In this document: positions 43,659-53,109 of the stretch, piece after piece
Layout: each line of letters begins with the position of its first letter
Numbering within the stretch: position 1 is the first letter of the stretch
Assembly: GCA_006226415.1 (NCBI GenBank)
Contig: SBGZ01000054.1
Span: 1,554 to 65,553 of the forward strand
Reading direction: 5' to 3'
Length of the DNA: 64,000 nt
DNA from: Alphaproteobacteria bacterium
GTDB taxonomy: Bacteria > Pseudomonadota > Alphaproteobacteria > M2410
Notes under the pieces: model-generated
The model's database searches: none
Seen by the model: the letters and a program-made list of their open reading frames with translations, nothing else
What the model was told of the DNA's origin: nothing
Position numbers and translations under genes: made by a program

Positions 43659-44311
43659 AGCTTGATGAAGGGGTTGAGAAAGCGGCTAAACGGCCCGGCG
43701 AGAACGACAGGCGCGTCCATTACCACCAGCGCATAACAGTCTTCGCCGTCATCGACGACCGGCTGATGCTTGTGGCGGGTGTCTTTCAGGTCAAAGTCAC
43801 CGACTCCAAAGTGTTGACCTTGATCGGTATATCCGCCGGTGAGAACCAGGGTCGCCTCATGGCCCTTATGAGTATGGATGGGCTGCGATTGACCAGCCTT
43901 AAAGCGCATCAGCGAAACTTTGAAAGAGCCGATGTGAAGGTCGAGATTAAACTGGGAAACCTTGCTCCCGATGTGTCGCCATTTGAGGTCCCCCAAAGAG
44001 GCGGGCAGATAATCGCGCAGCGGCGCCGGCAAGATCTTCAAACTCTTGTCGTCAAAATGAGGAACCGTGGGCGGCGTGACGGTTTCAGGTTCGTCCAGAC
44101 GGCTCAGAACCGCGTTCAGAGAAGTCGCATCCACCTGAGCGCGCCCGCTCGCCTCCAGAAGAGAGCCGCCTAGTGCCTCCAGGCGCTGGATCTCCTCGGC
44201 GCAGGTTTGACAGAGGCTGGCGTGGCAGGCAACGGAGAGCGCCATAGGTTCGGCCAAGGCACCGGTCGCATAGTCAAGAAGGAGGCCGGAATCGGGATGG
44301 TGCGTAATCAT
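43655..44311 (-). CDS. chrR: Anti-sigma-E factor ChrR (ZAS + cupin)
   Basis: The N-terminus MITHHPDSGLLLDYATGALAEPMALSVACHASLCQTCAEE carries the H-x3-C-x2-C zinc motif. C-terminal cupin domain. Overlaps the sigma-factor stop. Confidence 0.85.
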   Translation of the reverse strand: MITHHPDSGLLLDYATGALAEPMALSVACHASLCQTCAEEIQRLEALGGSLLEASGRAQVDATSLNAVLSRLDEPETVTPPTVPHFDDKSLKILPAPLRDYLPASLGDLKWRHIGSKVSQFNLDLHIGSFKVSLMRFKAGQSQPIHTHKGHEATLVLTGGYTDQGQHFGVGDFDLKDTRHKHQPVVDDGEDCYALVVMDAPVVLAGPFSRFLNPFIKL

Positions 44312-44955
44312 GAGCTGTACCCAACAGATTGTCTCAGGCGCGCAACGCCAAGGCGAATGCGCGACTTAACGGTGCCAAGCGGCAATTGCAGGTCTTCGGC
44401 GATCTCGCCGTGGGATTTGTCTTCATAAAAGGCTTTGAAAATAATGTCCCGTTGAGTGTCCGGGAGGTCGTCAATCGCCGCCTTGAGAATATCGGCCTGT
44501 TGACTTTCATCCACCCGGTCGTCGGCGCCGGGGGCTGTATCGGCAACCTCAAGTCCTTCTTCAAGCGTATATTCCGGGTGCCGCTCTTTCCGGAACATAT
44601 CAATCCGCTTGTTCCGCAGGATGGTAAAAACCCAGTTGGAAGGGGATCCTTTGCGCGCGTCAAATGAAGAGGCCTTGCGCCAGACCATGAGCATGGTTTC
44701 CTGAACCAGTTCTTCGGCCCGCGAGGGATTGGTGCCTTGTTTGAGGGTGAAGGCCTTGAGCCGAGGCGCGTAATGTTCAAAGAGCCGGGAAAAGGCCTCG
44801 CGGCTTCGATTAAGGGCAATGTCTTCGATCAGTGCAGACAGCTGGTCATTTGTCAGATCTGGCAAATTCAGACTCACCACGTTGGAGGCGGCTTTTTGGT
44901 TTCCAAGAAAACCTTGCCTCATCGCGGGAGAATTTTCCAGACGCATTCTGTTCAT
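44308..44955 (-). CDS. rpoE: ECF sigma factor (RpoE, ChrR-partnered)
   Basis: Sigma-70 region 2 (FSRLFEHYAPRLKAF...ELVQETMLMVWRKA) and region 4 (DLPDTQRDIIFKAFYEDKSHGEIAEDLQLPLGTVKSRIRLG). The start is ambiguous (ATG at 44955, 44946 or 44922). The ORF-track extension to 45132 is rejected. Confidence 0.85.
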   Translation of the reverse strand: MNRMRLENSPAMRQGFLGNQKAASNVVSLNLPDLTNDQLSALIEDIALNRSREAFSRLFEHYAPRLKAFTLKQGTNPSRAEELVQETMLMVWRKASSFDARKGSPSNWVFTILRNKRIDMFRKERHPEYTLEEGLEVADTAPGADDRVDESQQADILKAAIDDLPDTQRDIIFKAFYEDKSHGEIAEDLQLPLGTVKSRIRLGVARLRQSVGYSS

Positions 44956-45005
44956 GACAATCAAAGGGCTCCTGATAGCCGTTCTGTTTTTGGACTTGTG
45001 GTGCT

Positions 45006-45034
45006 TGATACGCCGCTTTTTGAGATTTAGATCA
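45006..45034 (-). promoter_or_regulatory. Candidate sigma-E promoter TGATCT-N18-TATCA upstream of rpoE
   Basis: On the minus strand, TGATCT occupies 45034..45029 and TATCA occupies 45010..45006. The spacing matches the three other sites in this cluster. Confidence 0.5.
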
Positions 45035-45826
45035 CTCTGCGGCAATGGTGGGCCGGGTCTCGGCGGTTGGGGTGCTATGTTTGGGGTGCCCGTATACCTT
45101 AGCCCCTTTGCGCCAAAGCCGGAAGGCCTCAAAATGGATGGCGCCGATCACTTTGAGCGTCATAAGCGGATATTTGAAAAAGCCATTAAAGAGCGTTCGG
45201 GTGGTGAGGGGCTCAGCCGTGCCGGTGACGCCGGTAAGAAGAAGGGTTCCCGGCCCTTCATGGCAAATCTCAAGGCGAAGCTTTGGCCCGGGCGCTTGAA
45301 AGCGAAAAGTGTACTGGCCGTCTAAATCGATAAAGGGAGAGACATGAAAGTCCTTGGCCGCCTTTTGTTCGGCGAGTTGACCTCTCTCATTCCTCTCTGC
45401 GCGGCAGACATAGACATGCTGCTCGCCAAAAGTATTCTTCACCTCGCAGACCACGGCAAAGAGGTTGTCCGCCTCATCATAGCAATAGTAAGCCGAAAGC
45501 GGATTAAACACATATCCCAAGATGCGTGGGTAGCATAAGAGTGCGATCCGTCCGCAAGGCGTGTTGAGCCCCTGATCCGCCAGCTGCGCCTCTACCCAGG
45601 GCCGCAAAGGGCTGCCATCGCGGGCCCCGTGATCCCTGTCGTGAAGTGAAAAGAGCCCAAAACGATTGTAGGCAAAGCCATGCGTCTCTTGCGGCAAGGT
45701 TTCAAGCTCATCCAGATCCAGAAGGCAGGTAAACACCCGGTAGCGAAAACTGTGGGTAAGCGGTTGCTTGCGCTGGTGGAAGACGCTTCCGAAGTAAATT
45801 TGGTGTGCGGCCTGGGTCATCTTCAC
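45032..45826 (-). CDS. DUF1365-family protein
   Basis: 264 aa. IYFGSVFHQRKQPLTHSFRYRVFTCLLDLDELE is the family signature. 4-nt overlap with the upstream FAD enzyme gene. Confidence 0.75.
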   Translation of the reverse strand: MKMTQAAHQIYFGSVFHQRKQPLTHSFRYRVFTCLLDLDELETLPQETHGFAYNRFGLFSLHDRDHGARDGSPLRPWVEAQLADQGLNTPCGRIALLCYPRILGYVFNPLSAYYCYDEADNLFAVVCEVKNTFGEQHVYVCRAERNERGQLAEQKAAKDFHVSPFIDLDGQYTFRFQAPGPKLRLEICHEGPGTLLLTGVTGTAEPLTTRTLFNGFFKYPLMTLKVIGAIHFEAFRLWRKGAKVYGHPKHSTPTAETRPTIAAE

Positions 45827-47136
45827 TCTGCCGCCACAAGCCGGGCCGGCGAGGCATATCCGCTCCCCGTTTCCGCCCAGGGGCGCTGGCCGCCTAAGCG
45901 CTCGCCCACTTCCAGCCCGGAGCGAAGGCCGTCTTCATGAAAACCATAGCCAAAATAGGCACCGCAAAACCAACTGCGGTTTTGCCCCTGCAGGTCCTGG
46001 AGGTTTTGTTGGGCACTCAGAGCAGCGCCATCGAAAAGTGGATGCATATAGACAAAGCGCTGGAAGGTCAGATCGGGGTCCGGGTCCACATGGGGGTTCA
46101 GGCTAACAAACAGGGGGTATTGAGGATCAATCCCTTGAAGCCGGTTCATCCAATAGGTGATGGAGGCCGCGCGGTCGTTGCCCGCGGTGGGGGCGCTCAT
46201 ATAGTTCCAGCTTGCCCAGGCTTTGCGCCGCTGCGGCATGAACTGCGGGTCCGCATGGAGGATTGCTGTATTGGGCGTGTAGCGAATGGCGCCGAGGAGG
46301 GCCTGCTCTGCGGCGCTGGGTTTGTCGATCAGCGCCAGCGCCTCGTCGCTATGGCAGGCGAAAATAACTTCATCAAAGTCCTCACGGGCGCCATCTTCAT
46401 GCACCAGCGTAACCTTATCTTCCGAGCGTAAAACCTTTTGAGGTTTTGTGCCCAAACGAAACTTGTCCTGAAATCCGGCGGTCATGCGCTGCACATATTC
46501 ACGCGAACCTCCTGAGACCGTGCGCCATTCCGGACGCTCGATCTTGCGGTTGATGAGTTTGTGATTGGCAAAAAACCGAACAAAAGAGGCGGCGGGAAAA
46601 GCGAGCATTTCAGAAGGAGAGGTCGACCAGATCGCGGCGCCCATGGGAACAAGATAGCGGTCGCGGAAGTCGTCGCCAAATCCCCGCCAGGAAAGATAGT
46701 CGCCAAGCGTGCGGTTCTCCAGATATCCGGCCTGAAGATCAGGAATAGCAACCCGGTTGAACTTCAAAATATTGCTCAGCATCAGGATAAATGAGGGGCT
46801 TAAAACATTGCGGCGGAAGGCAAAGATTGTATCCAGATTGTCGCCACACCACTCCACATGAGTTTCGCTTTGACTGAAGGCGAAGCTCATATTGCTGGCT
46901 TGAGTAGGGACATTGAGGTACTCAAATAACGCGGTGAGGTTCGGATAATTGAGCTCGTTGTAAACGATAAACCCGGTGTCGACCGGGATCGTGCGATCAC
47001 CGTAATCCACCTCCACGGTATTAGAATGCCCCCCTATGCGCTTTTCCTTTTCAAAAATGGTAATGTCATGCCGTTCATTAAGGAGGTAAGCGGCGCCGAG
47101 ACCGGAGATGCCGGAACCGATAATGGCGATTTTCAT
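45823..47136 (-). CDS. FAD-dependent oxidoreductase (amine-oxidase-like; UfaD-like candidate)
   Basis: 437 aa. MKIAIIGSGISGLGAAYLL dinucleotide-binding motif with amine oxidase-like architecture. Sits in the sigma-E cluster. Confidence 0.85.
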   Translation of the reverse strand: MKIAIIGSGISGLGAAYLLNERHDITIFEKEKRIGGHSNTVEVDYGDRTIPVDTGFIVYNELNYPNLTALFEYLNVPTQASNMSFAFSQSETHVEWCGDNLDTIFAFRRNVLSPSFILMLSNILKFNRVAIPDLQAGYLENRTLGDYLSWRGFGDDFRDRYLVPMGAAIWSTSPSEMLAFPAASFVRFFANHKLINRKIERPEWRTVSGGSREYVQRMTAGFQDKFRLGTKPQKVLRSEDKVTLVHEDGAREDFDEVIFACHSDEALALIDKPSAAEQALLGAIRYTPNTAILHADPQFMPQRRKAWASWNYMSAPTAGNDRAASITYWMNRLQGIDPQYPLFVSLNPHVDPDPDLTFQRFVYMHPLFDGAALSAQQNLQDLQGQNRSWFCGAYFGYGFHEDGLRSGLEVGERLGGQRPWAETGSGYASPARLVAAE

Positions 47137-47246
47137 AGTCTTCTCTATTCCCTTCTGTGTTCAGGCTGACAAACACAGCCTCCATGCCTCCTCAAGAAAA
47201 GTCATTTGTGTTAGACTTCTTTTGTCCTCGTTGGAGATTTGTGAGT

Positions 47247-47275
47247 TTGTACGGGGGAAAAGCGCCGCCGGATCA
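47247..47275 (-). promoter_or_regulatory. Candidate sigma-E promoter TGATCC-N18-TACAA upstream of the FAD oxidoreductase/DUF1365 operon
   Basis: On the minus strand, TGATCC occupies 47275..47270 and TACAA occupies 47251..47247. Confidence 0.5.
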
Positions 47276-47305
47276 ACGGCAGAGCCTTTTTATTTTCCCT
47301 CGCCA

Positions 47306-47334
47306 TCATCCAACTTGCCGTGAACTGCGTAAGA
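47306..47334 (+). promoter_or_regulatory. Candidate sigma-E promoter TCATCC-N18-TAAGA upstream of the CFA-synthase-like gene
   Basis: TCATCC at 47306-47311 and TAAGA at 47330-47334. The ATG at 47391 follows. Confidence 0.5.
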
Positions 47335-47390
47335 GACCTTGCATACTCGATATGCAGTCAATACCGATCAGAAAGGGGACTTGGATCATT

Positions 47391-48638
47391 ATGGAGGAAA
47401 AAACCTTATCGCCATTGCGCGCGCCTTCGGGCGAAGTAGAAAGTGAGCTTAATAGGGTGCCGCGGGTTTTGCGCCGCGTCTTTCGCGAAATCTCACGCAT
47501 TGAGTTTGGTCAGTTGCATATAGAGCTGCCAGACGGGCGGCGCCTTTCCTTTGTGGGTGAAAATCAGGGTCCGCAAGGAACCCTAAAGCTCAATAGCTAC
47601 CGCGCCATATGGGCTTTTGTTGTTGGCGGCGCCCTTGGATTTAGTGAAGCCTATGTCGCAGGTCACTGGGAAAGTCCCAATTTGACAGCGCTCTTGGAGG
47701 TTTTCGTCGCCAATCGCCGGATGCTGGAGCGCATGCGCCACACAGGTAAAATCGTAAAACCCTTCCACAAGGCCATGCACGCCTTGCACCGAAATACCCG
47801 CCGCGGGGCTCGCAAAAACATAACGGCGCACTACGACCTTGGCAACAAGTTCTATGGAGAGTGGCTCGACGAGACCATGACCTATTCGTCCGCCCGCTTT
47901 GCCCGCGAGGATATGACCCTAAGTGAGGCACAAAAGCAGAAGTATCGCGAATTGGCGGCGCGGCTTGATATTCAGCCGGGGCACCGGGTTCTGGAGATCG
48001 GTTGCGGCTGGGGCGGCTTTGCCGAATTTGCTGCTCGCGAAATCGGTTGCCCCGTCACCGCGATTACGATCAGTCGGCAGCAATATGACTTTGCCAAGAA
48101 GCGGATTTCTGACGCGGGTCTAGGCCATCTGGTCGAAGTGCGGTTTTGTGATTATCGCGACACCCAGGATCAATTTGACCGAATTGTCTCCATTGAAATG
48201 ATTGAAGCCGTGGGGGAAGCCTTTTGGCCTGCCTATTTCGGGACGCTTCGCGACCGGCTTGTGCCGGGCGGTCAGGCCGGTTTGCAGGTCATCACTATTG
48301 AAGATGGGGCCTTTGACGGATACCGCAAGTCGCCGGATTTTATTCAGCGTCATATTTTCCCAGGCGGCATGCTCCTGTCACGCACTGTGCTGATTGAGCA
48401 AATCAAGAAGGCCGGGCTGCTTCCGGGCGAGCTTTTCCCCTTCGGCCTGGACTATGGTCGTACCTTGCATCTTTGGTCTGAGCGCTTCAATGCGGCATGG
48501 AAGAAGATCACGAAGCAAGGGTTTGATGAGCGGTTCAAACGTCTGTGGGACTATTACCTGAGCTACTGCGAAGCAGGCTTCAAAGGCGGCAGTCTGGACG
48601 TTTTGCAAGTTACCATGCAAAAGCCCGCAAATTCTTGA
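47391..48638 (+). CDS. Cyclopropane-fatty-acyl-phospholipid synthase-family SAM enzyme
   Basis: 415 aa from the ATG at 47391 (SD GAAAGGGGA). SAM motif VLEIGCGWGG, plus the HYDLGNKFY and YSSARF blocks of the CFA synthase family. Confidence 0.85.
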   Translation: MEEKTLSPLRAPSGEVESELNRVPRVLRRVFREISRIEFGQLHIELPDGRRLSFVGENQGPQGTLKLNSYRAIWAFVVGGALGFSEAYVAGHWESPNLTALLEVFVANRRMLERMRHTGKIVKPFHKAMHALHRNTRRGARKNITAHYDLGNKFYGEWLDETMTYSSARFAREDMTLSEAQKQKYRELAARLDIQPGHRVLEIGCGWGGFAEFAAREIGCPVTAITISRQQYDFAKKRISDAGLGHLVEVRFCDYRDTQDQFDRIVSIEMIEAVGEAFWPAYFGTLRDRLVPGGQAGLQVITIEDGAFDGYRKSPDFIQRHIFPGGMLLSRTVLIEQIKKAGLLPGELFPFGLDYGRTLHLWSERFNAAWKKITKQGFDERFKRLWDYYLSYCEAGFKGGSLDVLQVTMQKPANS

Positions 48639-48646
48639 TCATGCGA

Positions 48647-48675
48647 TGATCCATTCGAGCTTCCAGTACGTAGTC
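48647..48675 (+). promoter_or_regulatory. Candidate sigma-E promoter TGATCC-N18-TAGTC upstream of the lipocalin gene
   Basis: TGATCC at 48647-48652 and TAGTC at 48671-48675. Confidence 0.45.
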
Positions 48676-48799
48676 AGATAGGCGCGGGCCGACATTTGCC
48701 CCTTCGACCGGCGCATTTGGGACAATTGTCCAATCCCAATAGCCGCGCTGTCGCTCTACTTGAGTGGCAGCGTGGCCCTTAAAGGAATTTTGATACAAC

Positions 48800-49336
48800 A
48801 TGAAACCACTTGTGATCGCTTTTTCATCATTTCTGGTCGGATGCACAGGTGTGCCTGAGGGAGTCACGCCGGTGACAGGCTTTCAGGTCGATCGCTATCT
48901 GGGCACTTGGTATGAAGTTGCCAGGCTGGACCACTCCTTCGAGCGCGGCATGACCAATGTGACCGCCTCCTATAGGCAGCAAGAGGATGGCACCCTCAAG
49001 GTTCTTAATCGCGGTTATAAGACAAGCGCCTGCGAGTTTGAGGAAGCCGAAGGAACCGCGCGCTTTCAAGGAGATCCTTCGGTTGCCAGTCTTTCGGTAA
49101 CATTCTTCTGGCCTTTTGCCGGGGGATACCATGTCATCGACCTGGATCAGGAAGACTATCAACATGCTCTGGTGGTAGGTCCGTCGCGAAAATATCTGTG
49201 GATCCTGAGCCGCACGCCTGATCTTGATCCCGTTACAGCAGGGTCTTTGACGGCCAAAGCAGCCCTGCTCGAGTTCCCGGTCGAAGAGCTCATCTGGGTG
49301 TCACACGACACCCCGCAATGTGATGATGAAGGCTAG
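48800..49336 (+). CDS. blc: Bacterial lipocalin (Blc-like)
   Basis: 178 aa. Lipobox-like FLVGC, then YLGTWYEVARLDHSFERG and the ALVVGPSRKYLWILSR lipocalin signatures. Confidence 0.8.
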   Translation: MKPLVIAFSSFLVGCTGVPEGVTPVTGFQVDRYLGTWYEVARLDHSFERGMTNVTASYRQQEDGTLKVLNRGYKTSACEFEEAEGTARFQGDPSVASLSVTFFWPFAGGYHVIDLDQEDYQHALVVGPSRKYLWILSRTPDLDPVTAGSLTAKAALLEFPVEELIWVSHDTPQCDDEG

Positions 49337-49844
49337 AGCGGCGCCCGTGAAAAAGGTCTCGGTCAACGACAAGATGCAGAAGGGTTACACCTATGAGAGG
49401 GTGGCGCCTATGGGCGAGAATTTCGATCCGGATTTTGCCCCGCACCTGACCCCGAAGGAGATGCTCGAACTCGGGATCTTTGAGGGCAAATATATGAACG
49501 ATTGTCAGGACGAGTTTCCCAAAGACTGGTTCATCAAGGCAAAGCTTTCTGAAGAGCCTGATGCCTCACTAAATTTTTTTGGTGTCAAAAGCAGGCAGCC
49601 CTTAAGCCACTGGCGCGAAAAGGGGTGGATCATCGGTCCGGACCCGCGCGGCTGGTTTCAATGGTATTGCCGCTATTATATGGGGCGCCGCTTGCCAGAA
49701 GTCGATCAGCGTCAAATCAAGCGGTGGCGCGCCTTTTCGCGTCATGCGGCTCAAGTCAAAAAAAACTGCGAGCCCGGCGACCTCTACTGCCGTCCTCGCC
49801 AACGTCAGGCCCTTCTGCAATGGGCTTGGGACCCGTTTATTTGA
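49320..49844 (+). CDS. Conserved hypothetical protein
   Basis: 174-aa ORF overlapping the lipocalin stop; possible starts at 49323 or 49374. The Trp-rich block GWFQWYCRYYMGRR is distinctive. I cannot name the family. Confidence 0.5.
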   Translation: MMMKARAAPVKKVSVNDKMQKGYTYERVAPMGENFDPDFAPHLTPKEMLELGIFEGKYMNDCQDEFPKDWFIKAKLSEEPDASLNFFGVKSRQPLSHWREKGWIIGPDPRGWFQWYCRYYMGRRLPEVDQRQIKRWRAFSRHAAQVKKNCEPGDLYCRPRQRQALLQWAWDPFI

Positions 49845-49862
49845 GCGCCAAGAAGTCGCAAT

Positions 49863-49898
49863 AAAAACGCCGACCCGGGTTGCCCGCGGATCGGCGTT
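49863..49898 (-). terminator. Terminator hairpin between convergent genes
   Basis: aacgccga (49866-49873) pairs with tcggcgtt (49891-49898), with a GC-rich interior. The A-run at 49863-49867 supplies a U-tract on the minus strand, downstream of the SDR gene. Confidence 0.55.
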
Positions 49899-49920
49899 CC
49901 TAAAAACCTAATACAGCTGG

Positions 49921-50715
49921 TTATTTCGGCTGCATGCGAATGCCGCCGTCCATCCGGATGCACTCACCGTTGATATAATCATTCTCAACAATGTGTTCGG
50001 CCAATGAGGCAATTTCTTCCGCCAGCCCCAGGCGCTGCGGATAAAGCACCTGGCTTGCCAGCGGCTTCAGGAAGCCTTCAATCTCCGGCGTCATTTCCTC
50101 TGCGCCGCCCATCAGGAGCGGAGTGGCGACCAGCCCCGGGACAATGGTGTTAACCCGAATGCCAATAACCGCCAGGTCACGGGCGATCGGCAAAGTCATG
50201 CCGACAACACCGCCTTTGGAAGCCGAATAGGCAGCCTGACCAATTTGACCTTCATAGGCTGCAACAGACGCGGTGTTGATGATCACGCCCCGGCCGCCGT
50301 AACGGTCATAAGGCTCGTTTTTGGCCATTTGCTCTGAACACAGACGGGCCACATCAAAGGAGCCGATCAGGTTGATGTTGATGATTCGCTTGAAATCCTC
50401 AATCGGGAAGGGGCCGTTTTTACCCATGGTGCGCTTCGCATTGCCGGTGCCGGCATAGTTGCAGCACACATGGATGGCACCGAATTTTTCCATGGTCGCG
50501 GCAATGCCTGCTTCAATGGTTTCGGTCTTGGTCACGTCCACCTTGCAGAAGACGGCATTGTCGGCACCCACTTCCTCGACGACTTTTTGGCCTTTTTCCT
50601 CGTTAAAATCAAAGATCGCACATTTGGCGCCCTTGCTAACGAAGAGCTTCACCGTGGCCCGGCCCATGCCTGATGAGCCACCTGTAATGACAGCAACTTT
50701 TCCGTTTAGATCCAT
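49921..50715 (-). CDS. Short-chain dehydrogenase (3-hydroxyacyl-CoA dehydrogenase type-2-like)
   Basis: 264 aa. VAVITGGSSGMG, NYAG, and the Y-x3-K dyad (YSASK). Confidence 0.85.
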   Translation of the reverse strand: MDLNGKVAVITGGSSGMGRATVKLFVSKGAKCAIFDFNEEKGQKVVEEVGADNAVFCKVDVTKTETIEAGIAATMEKFGAIHVCCNYAGTGNAKRTMGKNGPFPIEDFKRIININLIGSFDVARLCSEQMAKNEPYDRYGGRGVIINTASVAAYEGQIGQAAYSASKGGVVGMTLPIARDLAVIGIRVNTIVPGLVATPLLMGGAEEMTPEIEGFLKPLASQVLYPQRLGLAEEIASLAEHIVENDYINGECIRMDGGIRMQPK

Positions 50716-50944
50716 GGGGTTAGTCCTCCCTTGCAGTAATTGTTTTTATTGGGGATCCGCCGGTCGCGGGGCCCCTCTTTTAGGCAAAGCCTATAGGCCA
50801 TACTGTTGGCGCGCCGTCAATCCGCTACCGCGTAGATTTGTCGCAGGCTGTGCAACTGAGGCCTTCAGCATTTGATCCCGCCCAAGACCTTCCCTATTCT
50901 ATGAGGTCAAAAGAGCCGTCAAAAGGCTTTGGGAGGAAAACAAA

Positions 50945-52447
50945 ATGAATATGAACACACCCATTAGCGGGCCGGAGCACGCCTGGGCCAAAGAGGGCCG
51001 TCAGCCACGTATTGCCATCATTGGCGCGGGCTTTTCGGGCATGGGCTCCATCATCAAATTACGCGAGGCCGGATACACCGACATCACTTGCTTTGAGCGC
51101 GAAGACAAACTCGGCGGCACCTGGCGCGACAATACCTATCCCGGGCTTTCTTGCGATGTGCCTTCGCACTGGTACTCCTATTCCTTTGAGCTCAATCCCG
51201 ACTGGAGCTATCGCTTTTCCTATGGGCCCGAGATCTGGGCCTATCAGGAAAAGATCGCGCGCAAATATGACCTCTTGCCAACGATCCAGTTCAACAACGC
51301 GGTGAAAAAGCTCACCTATCTGGGCTCGCAGTGGAAAGTCGAGACCGAAAAGAACGGCGAGGAGATCTTCGATTTTGTCATCGCCGCGACCGGAGTTCTG
51401 GTCAATCCAGCCTATCCTGATATTCCCGGTCTCGACAGCTTCAAGGGGCACATGTTCCATTCGGCGCGCTGGAACCATGATGTTTCGATCAAGGGCAAGC
51501 GCGTGGGCATTATCGGTACAGGTTCCACCGCCTGTCAGATTGTCGGCGCCATTGCTGAAGAAGTCGGTCATCTGGATGTTTTCCAGCGCACACCCCACTG
51601 GGTCGTGCCCATGCCGCAAAAGAAATACACCAAGGCCTGGCAAACGCTGCTCCGGATATTTCCGCCTTTGCAGATGTATATCCGCAATCTTATCCGTCGC
51701 CGGATGGAGGGAACCTTCGGCAAGGCCACCCTCGGCGATGAGGCTGAGCAGGAAAGAATTCAGCAGGCTTGCCTGCAGTTCCTGAAGGAGCAAGTGCCCG
51801 ACCCCGAACTTCGCGAAAAACTGACACCCAATTACAAAGCGACTTGCAAGCGGTTGATCCTATGTTCGGATTTTTACCCGGCCTTGCAGCGCGATAATGT
51901 CGAGCTGGTCACCGAAAACATTGAAGCCATTGAGCCAGAAGGCGTGCGCACAAAGGATGGGCAACTTCATGAGTTGGATGTTCTTGTACTGGCAACCGGT
52001 TTCCGCGCCGGTGACTTCATCCTGCCCACAGAGGTAATTGGTGAAAACGGTCTTTCCCTGAGGGACTTCTGGCATGGCCTGCCGCGCGCGCACCGAGGCA
52101 TGACCTTCCCGGGTTTCCCGAATTTCTGGATGCTGGAAGGCCCGACAGGCGTCATCGGCAATACCTGCCTGATCGATATTTCCGAGCACCAAATCGGCTA
52201 TATGATCGATGCGATCAACAAAATTCGCGACGACAAGCTGGTGGCCATTGCGCCGAAGATGGAGGCTTTTGAAGGTTATAACGCCCGCATTGCCGATGCC
52301 ATCAAGACTTCGACCTGGGCTAGCGGCGGCTGCTCAAGCTGGTATCTGGATCCATCGGGCACGCCCAACATCTACCCGTGGCTGCCAGACGCCTATCGCG
52401 AGGACATGAAGAACATCGATTTCACTGAGTACGAACTCGTGAGCTGA
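50945..52447 (+). CDS. Flavin-dependent Baeyer-Villiger-type monooxygenase
   Basis: 500 aa. IAIIGAGFSGMG, BVMO fingerprint FKGHMFHSARWN, and a second Rossmann motif GIIGTGSTACQ. Confidence 0.85.
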   Translation: MNMNTPISGPEHAWAKEGRQPRIAIIGAGFSGMGSIIKLREAGYTDITCFEREDKLGGTWRDNTYPGLSCDVPSHWYSYSFELNPDWSYRFSYGPEIWAYQEKIARKYDLLPTIQFNNAVKKLTYLGSQWKVETEKNGEEIFDFVIAATGVLVNPAYPDIPGLDSFKGHMFHSARWNHDVSIKGKRVGIIGTGSTACQIVGAIAEEVGHLDVFQRTPHWVVPMPQKKYTKAWQTLLRIFPPLQMYIRNLIRRRMEGTFGKATLGDEAEQERIQQACLQFLKEQVPDPELREKLTPNYKATCKRLILCSDFYPALQRDNVELVTENIEAIEPEGVRTKDGQLHELDVLVLATGFRAGDFILPTEVIGENGLSLRDFWHGLPRAHRGMTFPGFPNFWMLEGPTGVIGNTCLIDISEHQIGYMIDAINKIRDDKLVAIAPKMEAFEGYNARIADAIKTSTWASGGCSSWYLDPSGTPNIYPWLPDAYREDMKNIDFTEYELVS

Positions 52448-52464
52448 ATTGAGAGTCGGGCGCT

Positions 52465-53109
52465 TTAGAAGAGACGCCCGACACCCATCCCAAAGACCCA
52501 GGGGTCAAGGTCGACATCGGCGGTAATCGTGCCACCGTTCAGCTTAACGTCTGTATTGATATAAACCTTTTTCAAATCGACGTTAAAATACCAGGGCCCT
52601 TGGCATTTAATGTCGACCCCGGCCTGCAAGGCCAGATCCGTGCTGGACCCATAGTCCACATCGGTAACAAGGCCGGCCGGAAGGTCAGCCTTGTGGAAAC
52701 TTGTATAGTTGATGCCCGCCCCCACATAAGGACTGACTGTTGCTTTAGGTGCAAAATGATATTGCAGCGTCACGGTTGGCGGCACCAGCCATACGGTTCC
52801 CAGATCCACATCACCAAACAACGTGTTTTTGGCGGCTACATCGTGGCGTGTCGCGCCGATGATGAGCTCGGCGGCAATATGGTCTGTAAAGAAATAGGAA
52901 AAGTCGACCTCCGGCACGACTTCATCGCTAATTTCAGCTTCCCCGCCAATGGGTGCAATGGTGCTGGAAAGGTCGCCTTGAATGGCGAGCAATCGGCCGC
53001 GGATCAGAAAGTCACCGGCGGATTTGCCATCCTCACCGGCGACGGCCGGAAGCGTGAGAGCGCCCGCGCTCAAGATCGTAGTCAAAAGAAGGACGGATAG
53101 CTTTGTCAT
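52465..53109 (-). CDS. ompW: OmpW-family outer-membrane protein (copy 1)
   Basis: Start at the ATG at 53109 (MTKLSVLLLTT...). Blocks GDFLIRGR and TLQYHF. Terminal GVGRLF. Confidence 0.8.
   Translation of the reverse strand: MTKLSVLLLTTILSAGALTLPAVAGEDGKSAGDFLIRGRLLAIQGDLSSTIAPIGGEAEISDEVVPEVDFSYFFTDHIAAELIIGATRHDVAAKNTLFGDVDLGTVWLVPPTVTLQYHFAPKATVSPYVGAGINYTSFHKADLPAGLVTDVDYGSSTDLALQAGVDIKCQGPWYFNVDLKKVYINTDVKLNGGTITADVDLDPWVFGMGVGRLF

Noticed and set aside
44956-45132. N-terminal extension of the ECF sigma ORF
   Set aside because: It would run through the candidate rpoE promoter and into the end of the DUF1365 gene. The extension is Pro/Lys/Arg-rich and is not part of sigma region 2.
50873-50901. 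Fifth TGATCC hexamer upstream of the Baeyer-Villiger monooxygenase gene
   Set aside because: At the N18 spacing the downstream element is TTCTA, not TA-initial; a TATGA appears only at N21. It is too weak to call a sigma-E promoter without data.
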